From positions 1,456,110-1,520,109 of the forward strand of contig CBDBCZ010000016.1 in assembly GCA_965203295.1 (NCBI GenBank): DNA of 64,000 nucleotides, in the 5' to 3' direction. The position numbers were made by a program, and so were the translations under genes. Within the stretch, counting starts at the first letter, position 1. Each line of letters opens with the position of its first letter. Below the pieces are notes generated by a model, which worked only from the letters and a program-made list of their open reading frames with translations, made no database searches and was not told the DNA's origin. Below, in pieces: positions 1-11,845 of this stretch. The stretch comes from Nitrospirales bacterium (GTDB taxonomy: Bacteria; Nitrospirota; Nitrospiria; Nitrospirales; UBA8639).

Positions 1-156
1 TCGTTCCTTTTCAGCAGAAGCATGTATAGTGTTGCGTCTTTATATGTAGTACGGTACACCCTTTACGACCTGATTAATTTCTAGCTCATATAAACGAGTA
101 GCGTATTCATACAAATAATATAAGCTTCTTGTTTACAACCCCCCCATACATACAAC

Positions 157-262
<106 letters not shown>

Positions 263-2496
263 CTCACATATACACTCAGGGTGCTGGCAAAGGTATTACC
301 TCAGACTGGAGTAGTGTACGAGTCTCTAAAACAGAACAGAATGAAGTGGGTGGAGCTTAAGAAGGAGGGCAGGAAGCCATCTGATACAGACACTGACCTA
401 GTATGACCACCACTCATGATAGACTGTGTGCTGTTTGTCCGGCTTGAGAAGTTGACATACAGCATCATTTGTTGTTGTTTTTTATATACTGCAAAAAAAT
501 CCGCAGATTCTGTATTGTAGTATAATATATAGCAAAGAATCTTGCCGTTTTACACTCATGCTTGCACACCAGTTTGTGTGGGCGTGGTATCCCTCAGAGT
601 GTCTTACTGTTTACCTGGTGGGACGTACCATTCCAACATGTGCCAACCTGGACCCGGAATCAAAATTAATGCTATTTTCGATTCTTATCCACTATCTCAG
701 AGTGGCTATTCCCCAGAACCTATTAATTTACAGGTTTCATACGTGTCGTCGAGTAATCAATTTCCGGCACGTGCAAACCAAACCCATAAGCAAATTTAAG
801 ATTTTACCGAGCTAATAAGACTATGTCGAAAACCTGGAGTGCTGAGCGTCAGTATAGGTTGCAGTTTCCTCAGAAACTGATTGAGGTTCAGCACCTGCAG
901 TTCGGGTGCTGATCGACTGATTGGAGGGCAGAGTACAATGTCAGTTTTTGTAATATCAGAACCATGCAGTGTAGACTAACTCGGCAATGCTTGTTTATAG
1001 CATAATTTGCTATAATATTGCAATACGTCTGCATCAACTGATTGAGTTTCAGCGCCTAAACTGAAGTGCTGAACTTCTGTAGATTATGGCCATTAGCCAG
1101 CCCAGCAACTGATTGCGGCTCTGCAGGTTACAGCTATATATAGCAGTCTAGCAACCGATGGAGGTTCAGCACATAATACTTAGGTGCTGAACTTCAGTAG
1201 GTTACGGTTTTACCAGAAACCGTAGTCACGTACCTACTACGAGGCTACAGAAACCGCGGGTACTAGGTGTCAGCTACATGTCATGATGATGAAAAATGAG
1301 AAGAAAAAAAAGAGGGAGGCCACACCTCTTTGCTTCCCACCTAGCCCATGGCATTCCCCCCCTGACTGTAAAAGCCCGAGGGTGTACGGCGCATCACCTC
1401 CACCAGCCAAACTAGCCAGGGATTCCTCCCAAGGGACTATCAGGAACCGAGGCCACATGCCCTCGCTTGGTCTCCCATCAGGAAGGACTCCGGTTTTTTG
1501 AGGAAGGATCAAGGGAGGAACCCGGACGGACCCTAGGCCGTATCGTCCGAGACCACGGTGGAAGTTTTCCTTCCACACTTACCAACCTCAACCGGGCTTC
1601 CCGAAAGAAGCGACCAGCACTCGACCAGACCTTTTGCGCACCCCGAAGGGTACTGGGTCTGGCCACCGGCTGACAGCCAATAAATGGCTGCACCAGAGGA
1701 GCCAACTCGGCCTTACTCTAGTGTCTTCCCAAGGCAATTTGCATGTACTCACAGCGATGAACTCTGCGAGGTGACCCGAAGTGAAACGCTGAAGGGCCGC
1801 TTTTTATACCCCCACTGTTGTAATTTGATTATGGGTTTTGCTTGCGATACGGCGCGGCAGCAACTGATTGCTCAGCAGCTGTGTTTCTGAGGATAATACC
1901 ATAGCCCCCCCCCCCCCCCCCCCCCCCCCCCCAAATCTTGCAGCACGGCTACGTAACAGATCAGAGCGGGGGCCGGGGGGGGGGGGGGGGAACGCGAAGT
2001 TTCCGGAAACCCCCCATTCAGTAATATGCAAGGCAGGCTGGCCCAGGCTGAGTGCCACTGGGAGCTGGCTGGCCTCGCGAAACTACTGCCGGCCGTCTTG
2101 CAGCAGTGTAACGATCTGTTGAATGTTCAGCAGCAGCTCTGCCTCGCGGTTTCATCACCACAGGTAGTCTAGACTAGACTAAACCAGCGGGTCCGACCCT
2201 CAAATTAAGGTCTGGGGCGGATTATCAGTCTGAGCAGCAAGACAAGCACTGAATAAATTGATCCATTATCATACTATTACAGTGCTTTTGCGGTTACATG
2301 TACTGCTGCCTCAATCTGTCAGTATAGTTTTCAAAAGTTAGGGTCAGACAAACGGGAGGGGGGAAACTAGCTAGCTGCATTGAATGAGTGTCGACATACA
2401 GGATATAGTGAGTGCACATGAGCGGGCACTACCCATTCAACTTCCTGCCAGACCAATACGTAGCCACGTCCAATATTTTTAGAAGTAGCAATGTTG

Positions 2497-2559
2497 TAGC
2501 CTCATACCCAGGCCTTCCTGCGAAAATGCAGTGAGGGAAAAGGCCTGGGTATGAGGCTG
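2497..2559. mobile_element. 63-bp miniature TIR element with 9-bp TSD
   Basis: tagcctcatacccaggcctt ... aaggcctgggtatgaggctg flanked by the direct repeat gcaatgttg (2488-2496, 2560-2568). Confidence 0.85.
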
Positions 2560-3054
2560 GCAATGTTGTCATATAGAATTTCCTTTTTGACTTTGGAGAC
2601 TATTTTGCTGGTAGATCTTACAGCCATGAATACCAGTAATTTTACCACTTCCGGGTATGTGTATTGCTGTACATGATTGAGTGTGGCTGCCAGTTTTTTG
2701 TGGAGACAAGAATATTTTGACGTAGCCTATATCTGGTATAAAATATAAACTCTCCATTTTGTAGGAGCTGGCACAGGAAGTAAGGATCTGAGGTATTCCT
2801 GTAATTGAAATTATTAGGGTAAGCCACAAATATATTTAGTAGTATTTACATGGCTGCCAAATGTAGATTAAAGTAAACTTCCCTTCATGGTAGCTAACCC
2901 TGAAGTGCGGCTTTTGAAGGTAGTTAGTGATCTACATGCATCTATGGCTTCTAGGAGCGCATAATGACGTAAGAAAAAGGTAAGAGAGTAGGAGCGGGAA
3001 GCGCCCACGCGAAAGATTGAATTTCGGAAATTTACCCACGGTAGATCTGTTACT

Positions 3055-3530
3055 ATTTTGGGCACGCACGTGCCTCGAGTCCATCAAAGAAACAACGTTG
3101 TTTGCTGGACTAGACAGCTCTTGCACACATTACAACAGTGAATCTTACCATAGAATCGAGCGAATACGTTTGTGTAGCTGTTAGTGATCATTTATCTGCC
3201 AACCGTTGTGCTACAGGCGGAGGTACGGACCTACAGACCAGCAAAACAACACCTACTCATCGGATTACTCTTACCAGGCTCTGAGATTTGATTCTGAAGA
3301 TGCTGTACTTAGTGAAGACAAGTTCAAAAGCGGCAGTTAATTGTCACCGTCACTGAGAGTTGCCTTGGTATTGACGCCACTGGCCAGCAAGCGCTTGACA
3401 GTGAAGAGTCGCATGCGGTTTTGTCGGGGTTGCTGAACGTTGTAGGGAGTAGTATCGCGTTACTAGACGGCTGTGACCTGTTTCAAGCTATTCACAAGCT
3501 AACAGTCTAGAGCACGTGCGTGCCCAAAAT
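3055..3530. mobile_element. Putative non-autonomous element bounded by 19-bp perfect inverted repeats
   Basis: attttgggcacgcacgtgc at 3055 and gcacgtgcgtgcccaaaat ending at 3530; no clear TSD. Confidence 0.5.
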
Positions 3531-3881
3531 CACATTCTTACAACAACTATATAGGCCTTGCCCAAATATGCCAGCATAATTTTGGGTAGAAAATAGCATC
3601 ATGAATATTATGCCAGTATACATTGATGCTGTGGTTTTATGTGCCATTATGGTTGGTAGTATTGCTCATTCTCTTCAGGAAATCTGTCAACCTTCGCTAT
3701 GACTACCAGCATGCCAAGTTCTTCAGGGATCAGAGGTATTCCTGTTGTTGCAATTAATTAGGTCAGCCACAATATTAAGTAGTTGCATGGTAGACTAATG
3801 TAGTAAACCAAGATTAAGTGACCTATACTTCATGGTAGCTACATTTACCCCTTAAGGGTGGCTTTTAAGTAAAACAACTTA

Positions 3882-4087
3882 CCGTATAGAGCCAAATTTT
3901 CGAGGCGCATAATTTTCGCGGTTTTGCGGATTGGCCTCCAACTGCGAAAATTAAGCTCGTGAAATGTTTCGTCGTATATATACGCGTGTACACAAAGCAT
4001 CCTTGGTTCGCAAATTTTTTTTCCGCGAAATGTTCAGTATGACCAAACCACAAAAATTGTGTGCCTTGAAAAATTGCCGCCATACGG
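3882..4087. mobile_element. 206-bp MITE with TA target duplication (Tc1/mariner/pogo type)
   Basis: About 35-bp imperfect TIRs ccgtatagagccaaattttcgaggcgcataatttt / aaaattgtgtgccttgaaaaattgccgccatacgg, flanked by TA; right-half remnants with the same flank near 13110-13217 and 40050-40152. Confidence 0.8.
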
Positions 4088-4394
4088 TATTTAACTACTG
4101 ATCTACATGCATCTATGGCATGCTAGTAGCTATTCGAGACCAACTTAAAGTGAGCCTTGTGCTATACGTAATCCTGAGAAGCCAGTTGGTTATGAAAAGA
4201 CAATAACAAAAAACACTATAGCTGATACAAGAAAAAGGTTATACCTACAAAACATAATAGGGTAGAAACGTGTATTGCTGCCTTATGTATTGACATTGGT
4301 GAATAATGATGTTGACACAATGTACAGCTCAGCAAATTGTGTTAAAACATCCTACATGTGCATGTATAAAGGAGGCATGGGAGGTGGTCTGAAA

Positions 4395-5567
4395 CTACTG
4401 AACGTAGAGTTCAATTACTTCAAGAGGAGTATCTTCCCGGCTCCTTGTCACACCAGGTCGCAATATACGATTGCCTGTTCGGAAGGAAGCACACAGTCTC
4501 ACATCTATATTATCAGTGGTGGGTGCAATGTCTGTGCGGAAGTAGGGAGGTCTGTTGAACTGACAGCAAGTGTTACGTCGCCCGCAACCTCTACCGTCCC
4601 ACAGTGGAGCTTCAAGGTGAAATCGGTCCTCGGGCACACCGGTGACCTGGCTTCCGGTATCGCAGAAGAAATTTCTCCCAATATATGGGGGTACTAGAGG
4701 TAATACATCTCCCGATGGTGTTTCTCCTTCCGTGCAGGGACAAGCTCTTCGTTTGTCCGCAAACTCGCTCTGTGCAGCTGCGAATGTCCAGATATGGGTA
4801 CGATGTCCACTCTGTCCATGGGTGATGCTAACTCCGTCGACATATTCCTCATCGATAGTGGCATTGGTCTCATCGTAGTAGATGAAACCATCAGGTGCTT
4901 CACGCTGATACCCGATAACCTTACCACACACGCGAGAGTACTCCACACCTTGCACACTGTAGGGAACAGCATCACAGCCTGGCATCCTGCGGTTTTCAAC
5001 TCGGGTGCACAGCCTCCTTGAGCTGTCGCCTGGTGGTGAAATTGTCACCAAAGGCTGGGGACAGGAGTTGCACTGGGTATTGTTCATGTTGAGATTGGCC
5101 ACCCTCATCCACCCCCTGGAGCCACCACACGATCGGTCGTCATCATGGACCTCCAGATCACAGTAGACCAGCACAGCATCACGTACCGTATTTCTTATCC
5201 AGTAGTTGCCAGAGGTTGCACAGGAGCAGCGGGCAGCCAGATCCTGGCAGGAAGCTGCAGGGTTCTGAGGTGTTCCGATACTGCAGCACAAAAGAATGTT
5301 TGCTTCAAAGCTATCGCATGCGCAGGTCCTGACATTGGCACGAGGAGGTGGGGTCACGGTAGGGTCTTCACAGCAGTTACACTGCTTGTCTTGTAGTGTC
5401 GTATTGATGTCGGTCAGCCGTCGTAGGATCTCTTGTGATGAACTGTCGATTACTTCTCTGCACGAATGGTCTTCTATTTCAACTGCATTGCACCTGTACA
5501 GTTGTTGGCTACTGACTGTGGTGAGAATACCACAGATAGCTAGGATCAGAAGTGCCTTGTTGAACAT
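4395..5567 (-). CDS. Copy A: secreted Cys-rich fibrinogen-C/COLFI-like domain protein, 390 aa, single exon
   Basis: Uninterrupted ORF; hydrophobic signal peptide MFNKALLILAICGILTTVSS; 27 Cys; motif GTPQNPAASCQDL..SGNYWI..VYCDL..GGSRGWMRVA resembles the start of fibrinogen-C/COLFI domains; C-terminal YVDGVSITHG..HIWTFAA..PLWDG..IELYVQ as I recall from an expanded sponge family; conserved in 7 copies. Confidence 0.9.
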   Translation of the reverse strand: MFNKALLILAICGILTTVSSQQLYRCNAVEIEDHSCREVIDSSSQEILRRLTDINTTLQDKQCNCCEDPTVTPPPRANVRTCACDSFEANILLCCSIGTPQNPAASCQDLAARCSCATSGNYWIRNTVRDAVLVYCDLEVHDDDRSCGGSRGWMRVANLNMNNTQCNSCPQPLVTISPPGDSSRRLCTRVENRRMPGCDAVPYSVQGVEYSRVCGKVIGYQREAPDGFIYYDETNATIDEEYVDGVSITHGQSGHRTHIWTFAAAQSEFADKRRACPCTEGETPSGDVLPLVPPYIGRNFFCDTGSQVTGVPEDRFHLEAPLWDGRGCGRRNTCCQFNRPPYFRTDIAPTTDNIDVRLCASFRTGNRILRPGVTRSREDTPLEVIELYVQ

Positions 5568-5675
5568 TCTCTTTTCCCAAGTGAGGAGTAGCTGATGGAG
5601 AATCGAAGGTGGTATATTTATCCACTTTGTTTAGGTAGCTGTGAGATTTGCTGCCTTGTGACAAAAAGACATTCA

Positions 5676-5683
5676 TTTATATA
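5676..5683 (-). promoter_or_regulatory. Putative TATA box (TATATAAA) about 110 bp upstream of the copy A start codon
   Basis: Same 8-mer at the same position before all seven genes (15037-15044, 25153-25160, 32807-32814, 41944-41951, 49298-49305, 56952-56959), although the surrounding flank diverges between A/C and B types. Confidence 0.6.
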
Positions 5684-7850
5684 GACTCAAAATGAATCTG
5701 CACAAGTGGCAAGAGTCCACAGTGCAAAGAAAAGACTTCCAAATATGGCCTGGATAGTGTAATTGACACTTGTTTGGCTTGGTTGTGATGCTGTATGACT
5801 GAAGCAAGCTTCATAAAACATGATTGTGTGGGTTGAAAAATTCTTCTCAAATTAGGAAGTGTTGCCTAGTTACCAGTTATCATAGTGAGGTCAGTGACCT
5901 AGCTCATTTCCTGGCAACTAGTCAAGGCTAGTAAACATGTATGCATCTCCTGGGTGATTGTTTATGCACATTGTGTTTTCAAGCTCCTTCTGCAGTTGCT
6001 GGTGGCAAATATATGGAAATACTATTTGCGATTCATGGGTCAACACAGAGGCAGATGTAAATGTGATGAAGTACGACTAAAACAAGCTTAAAAGGCGTAA
6101 GCTAATCAAAACAACCTGATGAGGTAGGCACATCTCAAATTCTGCTACAAGTGGCTCGTGGAACAAAGTCTAGAATGTGGTTACCTAACAAATTATTATA
6201 TACCTGTTGCACAGCCTCAGGACACTGCACCATGAAGCAAAATAAGTGGCAATGCAGAGAGCATACCAGTTGGGGGGGGAGGGGTATCTATATGTATATG
6301 TATATGAAAACAGTAGTCTTCTGGAAGCCTTGACTATATAGTTGCCAGTCAGTATACATGTATAAGCGTGATTGTTTATACACCACCCCAAATATGGTCT
6401 GGAGTCAACAGAAAGAATTATGGTGCCCATCAAAGCTGGTAACTAGGCAACTGATATAGGTATGGTTCCTAGGTAGCCACCTATGTCAAGGTCAGGGTGT
6501 CCTGACAGTCTCTAAACAGCTAAAATACCTGCCTGAGGGCACTAACCAGCTTTGACTATGGTTTCCAGCTTTCAATTTCTCGATATGAAATATAAGATTT
6601 TGATGAGGGGTCTAGTAACTCTATTCATATTGTGCAAACCACAGAGCAAATGCTACACACATAACCCACTTGTATTCATTCCTTGGCTTTGCCTCGGAAT
6701 AACATTGTCACACAACCCGCAGTTGGGTGTTGGTCTGTCCTATATATTATGGTTACCTTATGCAGGAAACTACTCTTCATGGTACCTATGCCTGAAAAGT
6801 GGCTTTGATGAGCAATGAATGTACATGTATGGCTTCACATTCAGAAAAATTCTCGCAGAACTAAATTCTGAAGAACCTCAGAATGTGAAGCGATATATAG
6901 CTAACAATTAAGGTGTCACTTGCAATGAAGCTTACCTTCTCACCTTCTTTGCATGCAAGTGAATGACAGTCCTCTCCTTGTTTAATGTATATTCGAAAAA
7001 AAAGGAAAGCAACATGCAGCTATAATTGTGTGATAATCTACAAGGGTTTCGGTATCTGTTTAATTATTGTATTCTTTGGAGGACGAAAATCTGTTGGTGA
7101 AATTAATGTTCACATGCAGTATTTTGTGGGACCAAACAACTCATTCTCTGCATGTGCATGCAAGTGGATGACAGCTCGCTCCTTGCTAAACGGAAAATGG
7201 TGGAGTGACATGCATCTACAGTTTGTGTGATGGTAACTTTGCTGTTAGCAACATGCAGAAGGAGTTCCAAATATGGCCATAGAATGGTTTGGGTTCAAGT
7301 ATCTCTGTAATTGACAATTGTGCCACTTGTTTGTCTTACTTGTGGGGGAATTAGACTTTGCCCCCTCTCTCCTGTTGCCTAGCTACCAGTTTTGGTACAG
7401 CATCATAGTGACCACACTTGGTGTGTTCTCAGTCAGTGACGTAGCTTATTGCCTGGCAACTAGTCAAGGCTAGTAAGAATGCAGGAGTATCCTGGGTGAT
7501 TGCTTATCCATCTAGGGTGTTTAAGCTCCTGCATGTTGCTGGTGGCAAAAGATATACTCTAACCTTTATCACACAAACTGTAGCAGCATGTCAGGCTATT
7601 TGTCCGAATGTACATTTAGCAAGGAGAGGGCAGTCATATTTCTGCGTGTGGAAAATGATTATGTTTGGTCAAACCTCTTCTGGAAATGTACAGTGCTCCA
7701 AACGAAAGTTAATGATTATTGTATTCTTTTGAGGGCAAACGTCAGTTGGTAAAATCTATGTTCACATCCATTACTTTGAAAAAAGCCACACTTCATGCCC
7801 ATGAAAAGTAGTTTCCTGCATTAGTTCACCTAAACTGAGGTGAAAGGAGA

Positions 7851-8123
7851 TGGACCGATCACAAATCTGTCCTCAGAGTAAGACTGTTTAGCCACAGAAC
7901 TCATGAGAATGGTAAGTGAGGAGATGAAAATGTACCATGCAAGAAACCCTTGCAATATCCCTTGGGAAGCTGGCAATATCCCTTGGGATACTGGCAATAT
8001 CCCTTGGGATGCTGGCAATATCCCTTGGGATGCTAGTGGGCATCACAAATGTGGACAAGTTGTAGTGTATCTCACGGATGTCTCGTTTTGTGTAGCTACA
8101 AACATCCTGATTTTGGGTAGTGG
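7851..8123 (-). pseudogene. Internally deleted relic paralogue fragment containing a 21-bp tandem repeat
   Basis: tgtgtagctacaaacatcctgattttgggtag plus the EDRF-coding segment; homologous to 16396-16679. Confidence 0.5.
7951..8036. repeat. 21-bp minisatellite, 4 copies (gcaatatcccttgggaDRctg)
   Basis: Four adjacent units visible; about 2 units at 16503-16545 and 26722-26768; deleted near 35070. Confidence 0.9.
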
Positions 8124-9195
8124 CTAGGAACGAGCCTAGGGAAAAACTTCCATATAAGGTAATGAAACAATGTAATAGTTCAAGGGTCACTGTAATTGAC
8201 AATTGGGGCACTTGTTTGGCTTGTATGTGACCTGTATGAGTGGGTAAGGTAGCTCATGCAATGTACAGGCAATGTGCTACCTAAGAAACCTTGTTGCCTA
8301 GTTACCAGTGTTGATGCAGCATCACAGTGACTCTGGACCATATTTGGTATTGCGTATAAACATTCAGTGATGTAGCATATTGCCTGGCAACTAGTCAAGG
8401 CTACATGAGTCTCCATGGTGATTGTTTATTGACATTGACTAATTTTGAAGCGCTGTAGCTACATTTCCTGTTTTTTGGCTGTAGCTACATTTCCTGTTTT
8501 TTGGCTTACCTGTGACTCTGTATGACTATTGCAAGCTTCAAAGTCTTAGCCAAAAAACATGATAGTGTGGGTGGAAAACCCTACCATGGTTCTCAAATTA
8601 CACCCTCAAAGTGTTGCCTAATTACCAGTTATGATACAGCATCACAGTGACAGTCAGTGACCTCCTGGCAATTAGTCTAGACATGTATGCAACTCCTGGG
8701 TGATTGTTTGTACACATAGGGTGGTGAAACTCCTTCTGCATGTTGCTGACAGCAAAGATACCATTACACAAACTGTAGCTGCATGTCACTCCGCCATTTT
8801 CCACATGTACATTTAGCAGGGAGCTGATTGTCATCTACTTGCATGCACATGCAGAGAATGATCCCACCTTTTTCGGAAATGTACAGTGCTCCAATATTTC
8901 ATTTTCTGCATACAAGTAAATGACAGCTCTTTCCTTGTTAAATGTATATTCGGACAAAAAACGAAGCGACATGCGGCTATAGTTTGTGCGATAAACTATA
9001 AAGTTTCAGTATCTGTTTAATTATTGTATTCTTTTTATGACAAAAATCAGTTGGTGAAATTAATGTTCACATCCATTACTTTGTTGCTTCATTGCAAGTG
9101 ACACTTTGTTTGCTATTGCTTCACATCCTGAACTGATTTAGAATTTAATTTTGCACTGGATAGAATTTTTTTGTACTTGAAGCCGTACATATGTA

Positions 9196-11845
9196 GAATG
9201 TCATGAGAGTATAGATAAAATAGTTAAGGAGCATTTACAATACATGAATAGTAACAATATTAAGATACCTGAAGAAATGATTCGATTGCCAACATTTTAT
9301 TGGCTTCCAAGATGCACAAAACACCAGTAGGCAGTAGATTTATAGCCGCCTCAAGTAGCTGTACCACAAAACCATTATCTAAATTACTGACTACCTGCCT
9401 TATTATCCACCACTACAAAGAATATAATGAAGGGCTAACTAAAAAGTCGGCTGCCAATGGTTTTTGGATTGTCAATAATTCTACACAGGTACTTAATAAA
9501 TTGCGTAAACTGAATGACACTACTACAGCTAGTCACTTTGACAGTTTTGATTTTTCTACCTTGTATACTAATATCCCACACGACTTATTGATTGATTGCT
9601 TGGATAACTTAGTTAAAGAGGCCTATCGGGTTAGGGGTGCTACATATATTTCAGTAGGTTACAAAACCTTCTGGTCCGATAAAACCTATAGAGGGCATAC
9701 TAACATTACTGTAGATAAGCTTATAGAATACATACAATTTCTGATAAACAATATATACATTAAAGTTGGTAACAGAGTGTTTAAACAAACAATCGGAATA
9801 CCTATGGCTGCGGACTGTGCACCACTACTGGCTAACCTTTTCCTCTTTTTTAGGAGTATAAGTACGTTAAAGATAAACTTAAAACTAATCCTAGAGGAGC
9901 TAGGCTGCTCAGACATACTGTTAGATACATTGACGACTTGCTCACACTAAATAACCCCACCTTTGAACAGGAAATACCAAAATATTTACCCCCCACAACT
10001 GCAATTAAAGAAAACTACTGAAATTCCAGTAAAATTATCTTACTTGGATATCTGCATAGAAATAAAAGAAAGAAAATTTAAAACTTCGGTCTATGACAAA
10101 AGAGATGCCTTTAACTTTCATATACCGTAGAATCGAGAGTATAGCGACCCATCAATTACAGCAACCCCATATATAGAACAACCCGTCATCATTTCACCGC
10201 CCACTTCCTGAATAGTATGACCTCTCCAGTACAACAACCTCATAATTAATTTTACCTATCACAATTGTTATTACTGCAGCAACTGTTCTAAATATCCGTC
10301 TAAATTTCAAAATTCATTACTAACGTTTGCTAACCAGCGCTCAGCATGCAGCGTGTAGAGATCGAAAAACGTAGTTTGCAAGGCTGAAAAACTCTTGCAT
10401 GAAAGGCCATCATGTTTTCTAGAGTGAATCAAGACCTGGAGATACATTTTCCTGTGTTGGAGAACCTGGTAACCTCACAGTCCCGACGCAGTGATTGTGA
10501 AACTTAGCAAATTATAGCAGCCATTTCAGCCGTGTTCCCGACTTGCTCGCCCGTGTTTTGGCGCCTATGCTGCGAGATAGAACGCATGGAGGGAACTGAT
10601 TGCTACGCTCAATGCTACTCGCTTTATATTACCCCATAAAAACATGAACCCTAGGAATATAACAACCCATTGGCTCTACTAATTCTGAATAGAACGACCG
10701 GTCGTTATACTCCCGATTCTACAGTAGTTAATTTTCCTTTCCTAGATAGTAATATCCCCACTAAGCCGGCATATGGAGTTTATATCTCCCAGTTAGTAAG
10801 AATAGGTAGAATATGTAGCCAATATGAAGATTTTAAGAATAGACACCACTTACTGGCTAATAGACTACTTAAACAGAGCTCTAAGTACGACCAATTATGT
10901 TTATATTTCAAAACGTTTAGTAGTAAATATCTTTGCTAAATTTAAGGTGACCCTAGAACAACATATTAAAGATAGTATACCACTGCCTCTAGCTACCATG
11001 GGAAGACTTAATAGACTGGTTACAGTTAGGTAACTAGCTAAATGTTAGTGGGGTGCTCTAGATAGGAAGAGGAAATGATGTCACAGATTGTTTATATTTT
11101 GCAGGTGTCTGTAGTTTTTGAATTTCTAGGCAGTTTTAACATTTGTAGTCAGTTTTTAGTTAGTTTTTGCAAGAGGAGTTTCAAGAACTGGTTGGGGAGT
11201 ATTTAACAAGGAGGAATGGTGTTGGGGTAAGATATAGAAGCTAGAGCCTAAAAGTGAGTTATATACAGCACCTTGTGGTTATGTAACAACATGCTATATA
11301 GGAGTTGGGCCCCGGGAGGGCTGGGGGCTGCTTGGTTCAGGGCCGCTTGACAATTTTTAAAGTTTCATAAGCTTTTTAACCTTTTAACTTCTTGTAGGAG
11401 ATTTCTCCGAAGGGTTTTTTTTAACAGAGGGAAGACCTATTTGGTCCCCTTTTTTAACCTTTTTAAGAAAACTTTTTAACTATTTTTCAAATTTTTACTT
11501 TCTGCGGTCACGGGCTAGGTGGTCTCTGGTTTTTTCCGGGTCCCGGGTTCCCTTGGTTACGATCGGAGCTTTTTCTACTCTTTCTATTCTTTTCTCTATT
11601 TCTCTATTTCATGATTTCTATTTTTCTACTTTCCATTTGGATTTTATTATGCCTGATTTGCAATATGCTCAATTAGATAAGTCATGTGTTTAACTAGATT
11701 GTAATATAAGGGGCTGCAGTAGTGTAGATATAGTTTCGTGGGTTAGGATAGGTATAAGGACTGTTTTAGGTTTTAGGCCTCAAGCTAGTGAGTGCAATAA
11801 TAATGATTAGGATACCCTTTCAGTTTTCATGTATATCCCATAGCC
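9196..11845 (+). mobile_element. 5'-truncated, frameshifted Penelope-like retroelement (Naiad-type, C-terminal RT), copy 1
   Basis: RT motifs FYWLPKMHK, FDFSTLYTNIPH, GIPM..DCAP, RYIDD (YIDD at 9926-9937), YLDI, YDKRDAFNFHI|VNFPFLDSNIP, YGVYISQLVR; ORF ends at 11033 with no C-terminal GIY-YIG; local repeat resumes about 11846 (3' boundary approximate). Confidence 0.85.
10125..10724. mobile_element. 600-bp MITE with TA target duplication (Tc1/mariner/pogo type) inside the RT gene
   Basis: 25-bp TIRs ccgtagaatcgagagtatagcgacc / ggtcgttatactcccgattctacag (3 mismatches); TA on both sides; removing it restores FNFHIVNFPFLDSN. Confidence 0.88.

Noticed and set aside
1753..1800. gcgatga..gaaacgc hammerhead-like string
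   Set aside because: Core begins GCGAUGA and there is no properly paired NUH cleavage site
1905..1990. Poly-C28 and poly-G16 tracts giving poly-Pro/Gly ORFs
   Set aside because: Homopolymer low complexity with no evidence of coding function
4275..5595. Plus-strand ORFs antisense to each array gene (e.g. 4275-4697, 13704-14045, 23785-24174)
   Set aside because: Shadow frames of the real CDS; they recur only because the DNA is duplicated, and have variable starts and no recognisable domain
6062..6145. Two hammerhead-like strings (gtgatga-agt-acg-act-aaaac; ctgatgag..ctcaaa), also near 25540 and 33193
   Set aside because: Catalytic core is not intact (CUGAUGA and GAAA never both present) and stems I/III are unconvincing; an Infernal scan would settle it
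11506..11600. Minus-strand peptide SDRNQGNPGP in the Penelope 3' region as a 2A-like motif
   Set aside because: Lacks the D(V/I)ExNPGP consensus and lies in a short closed frame
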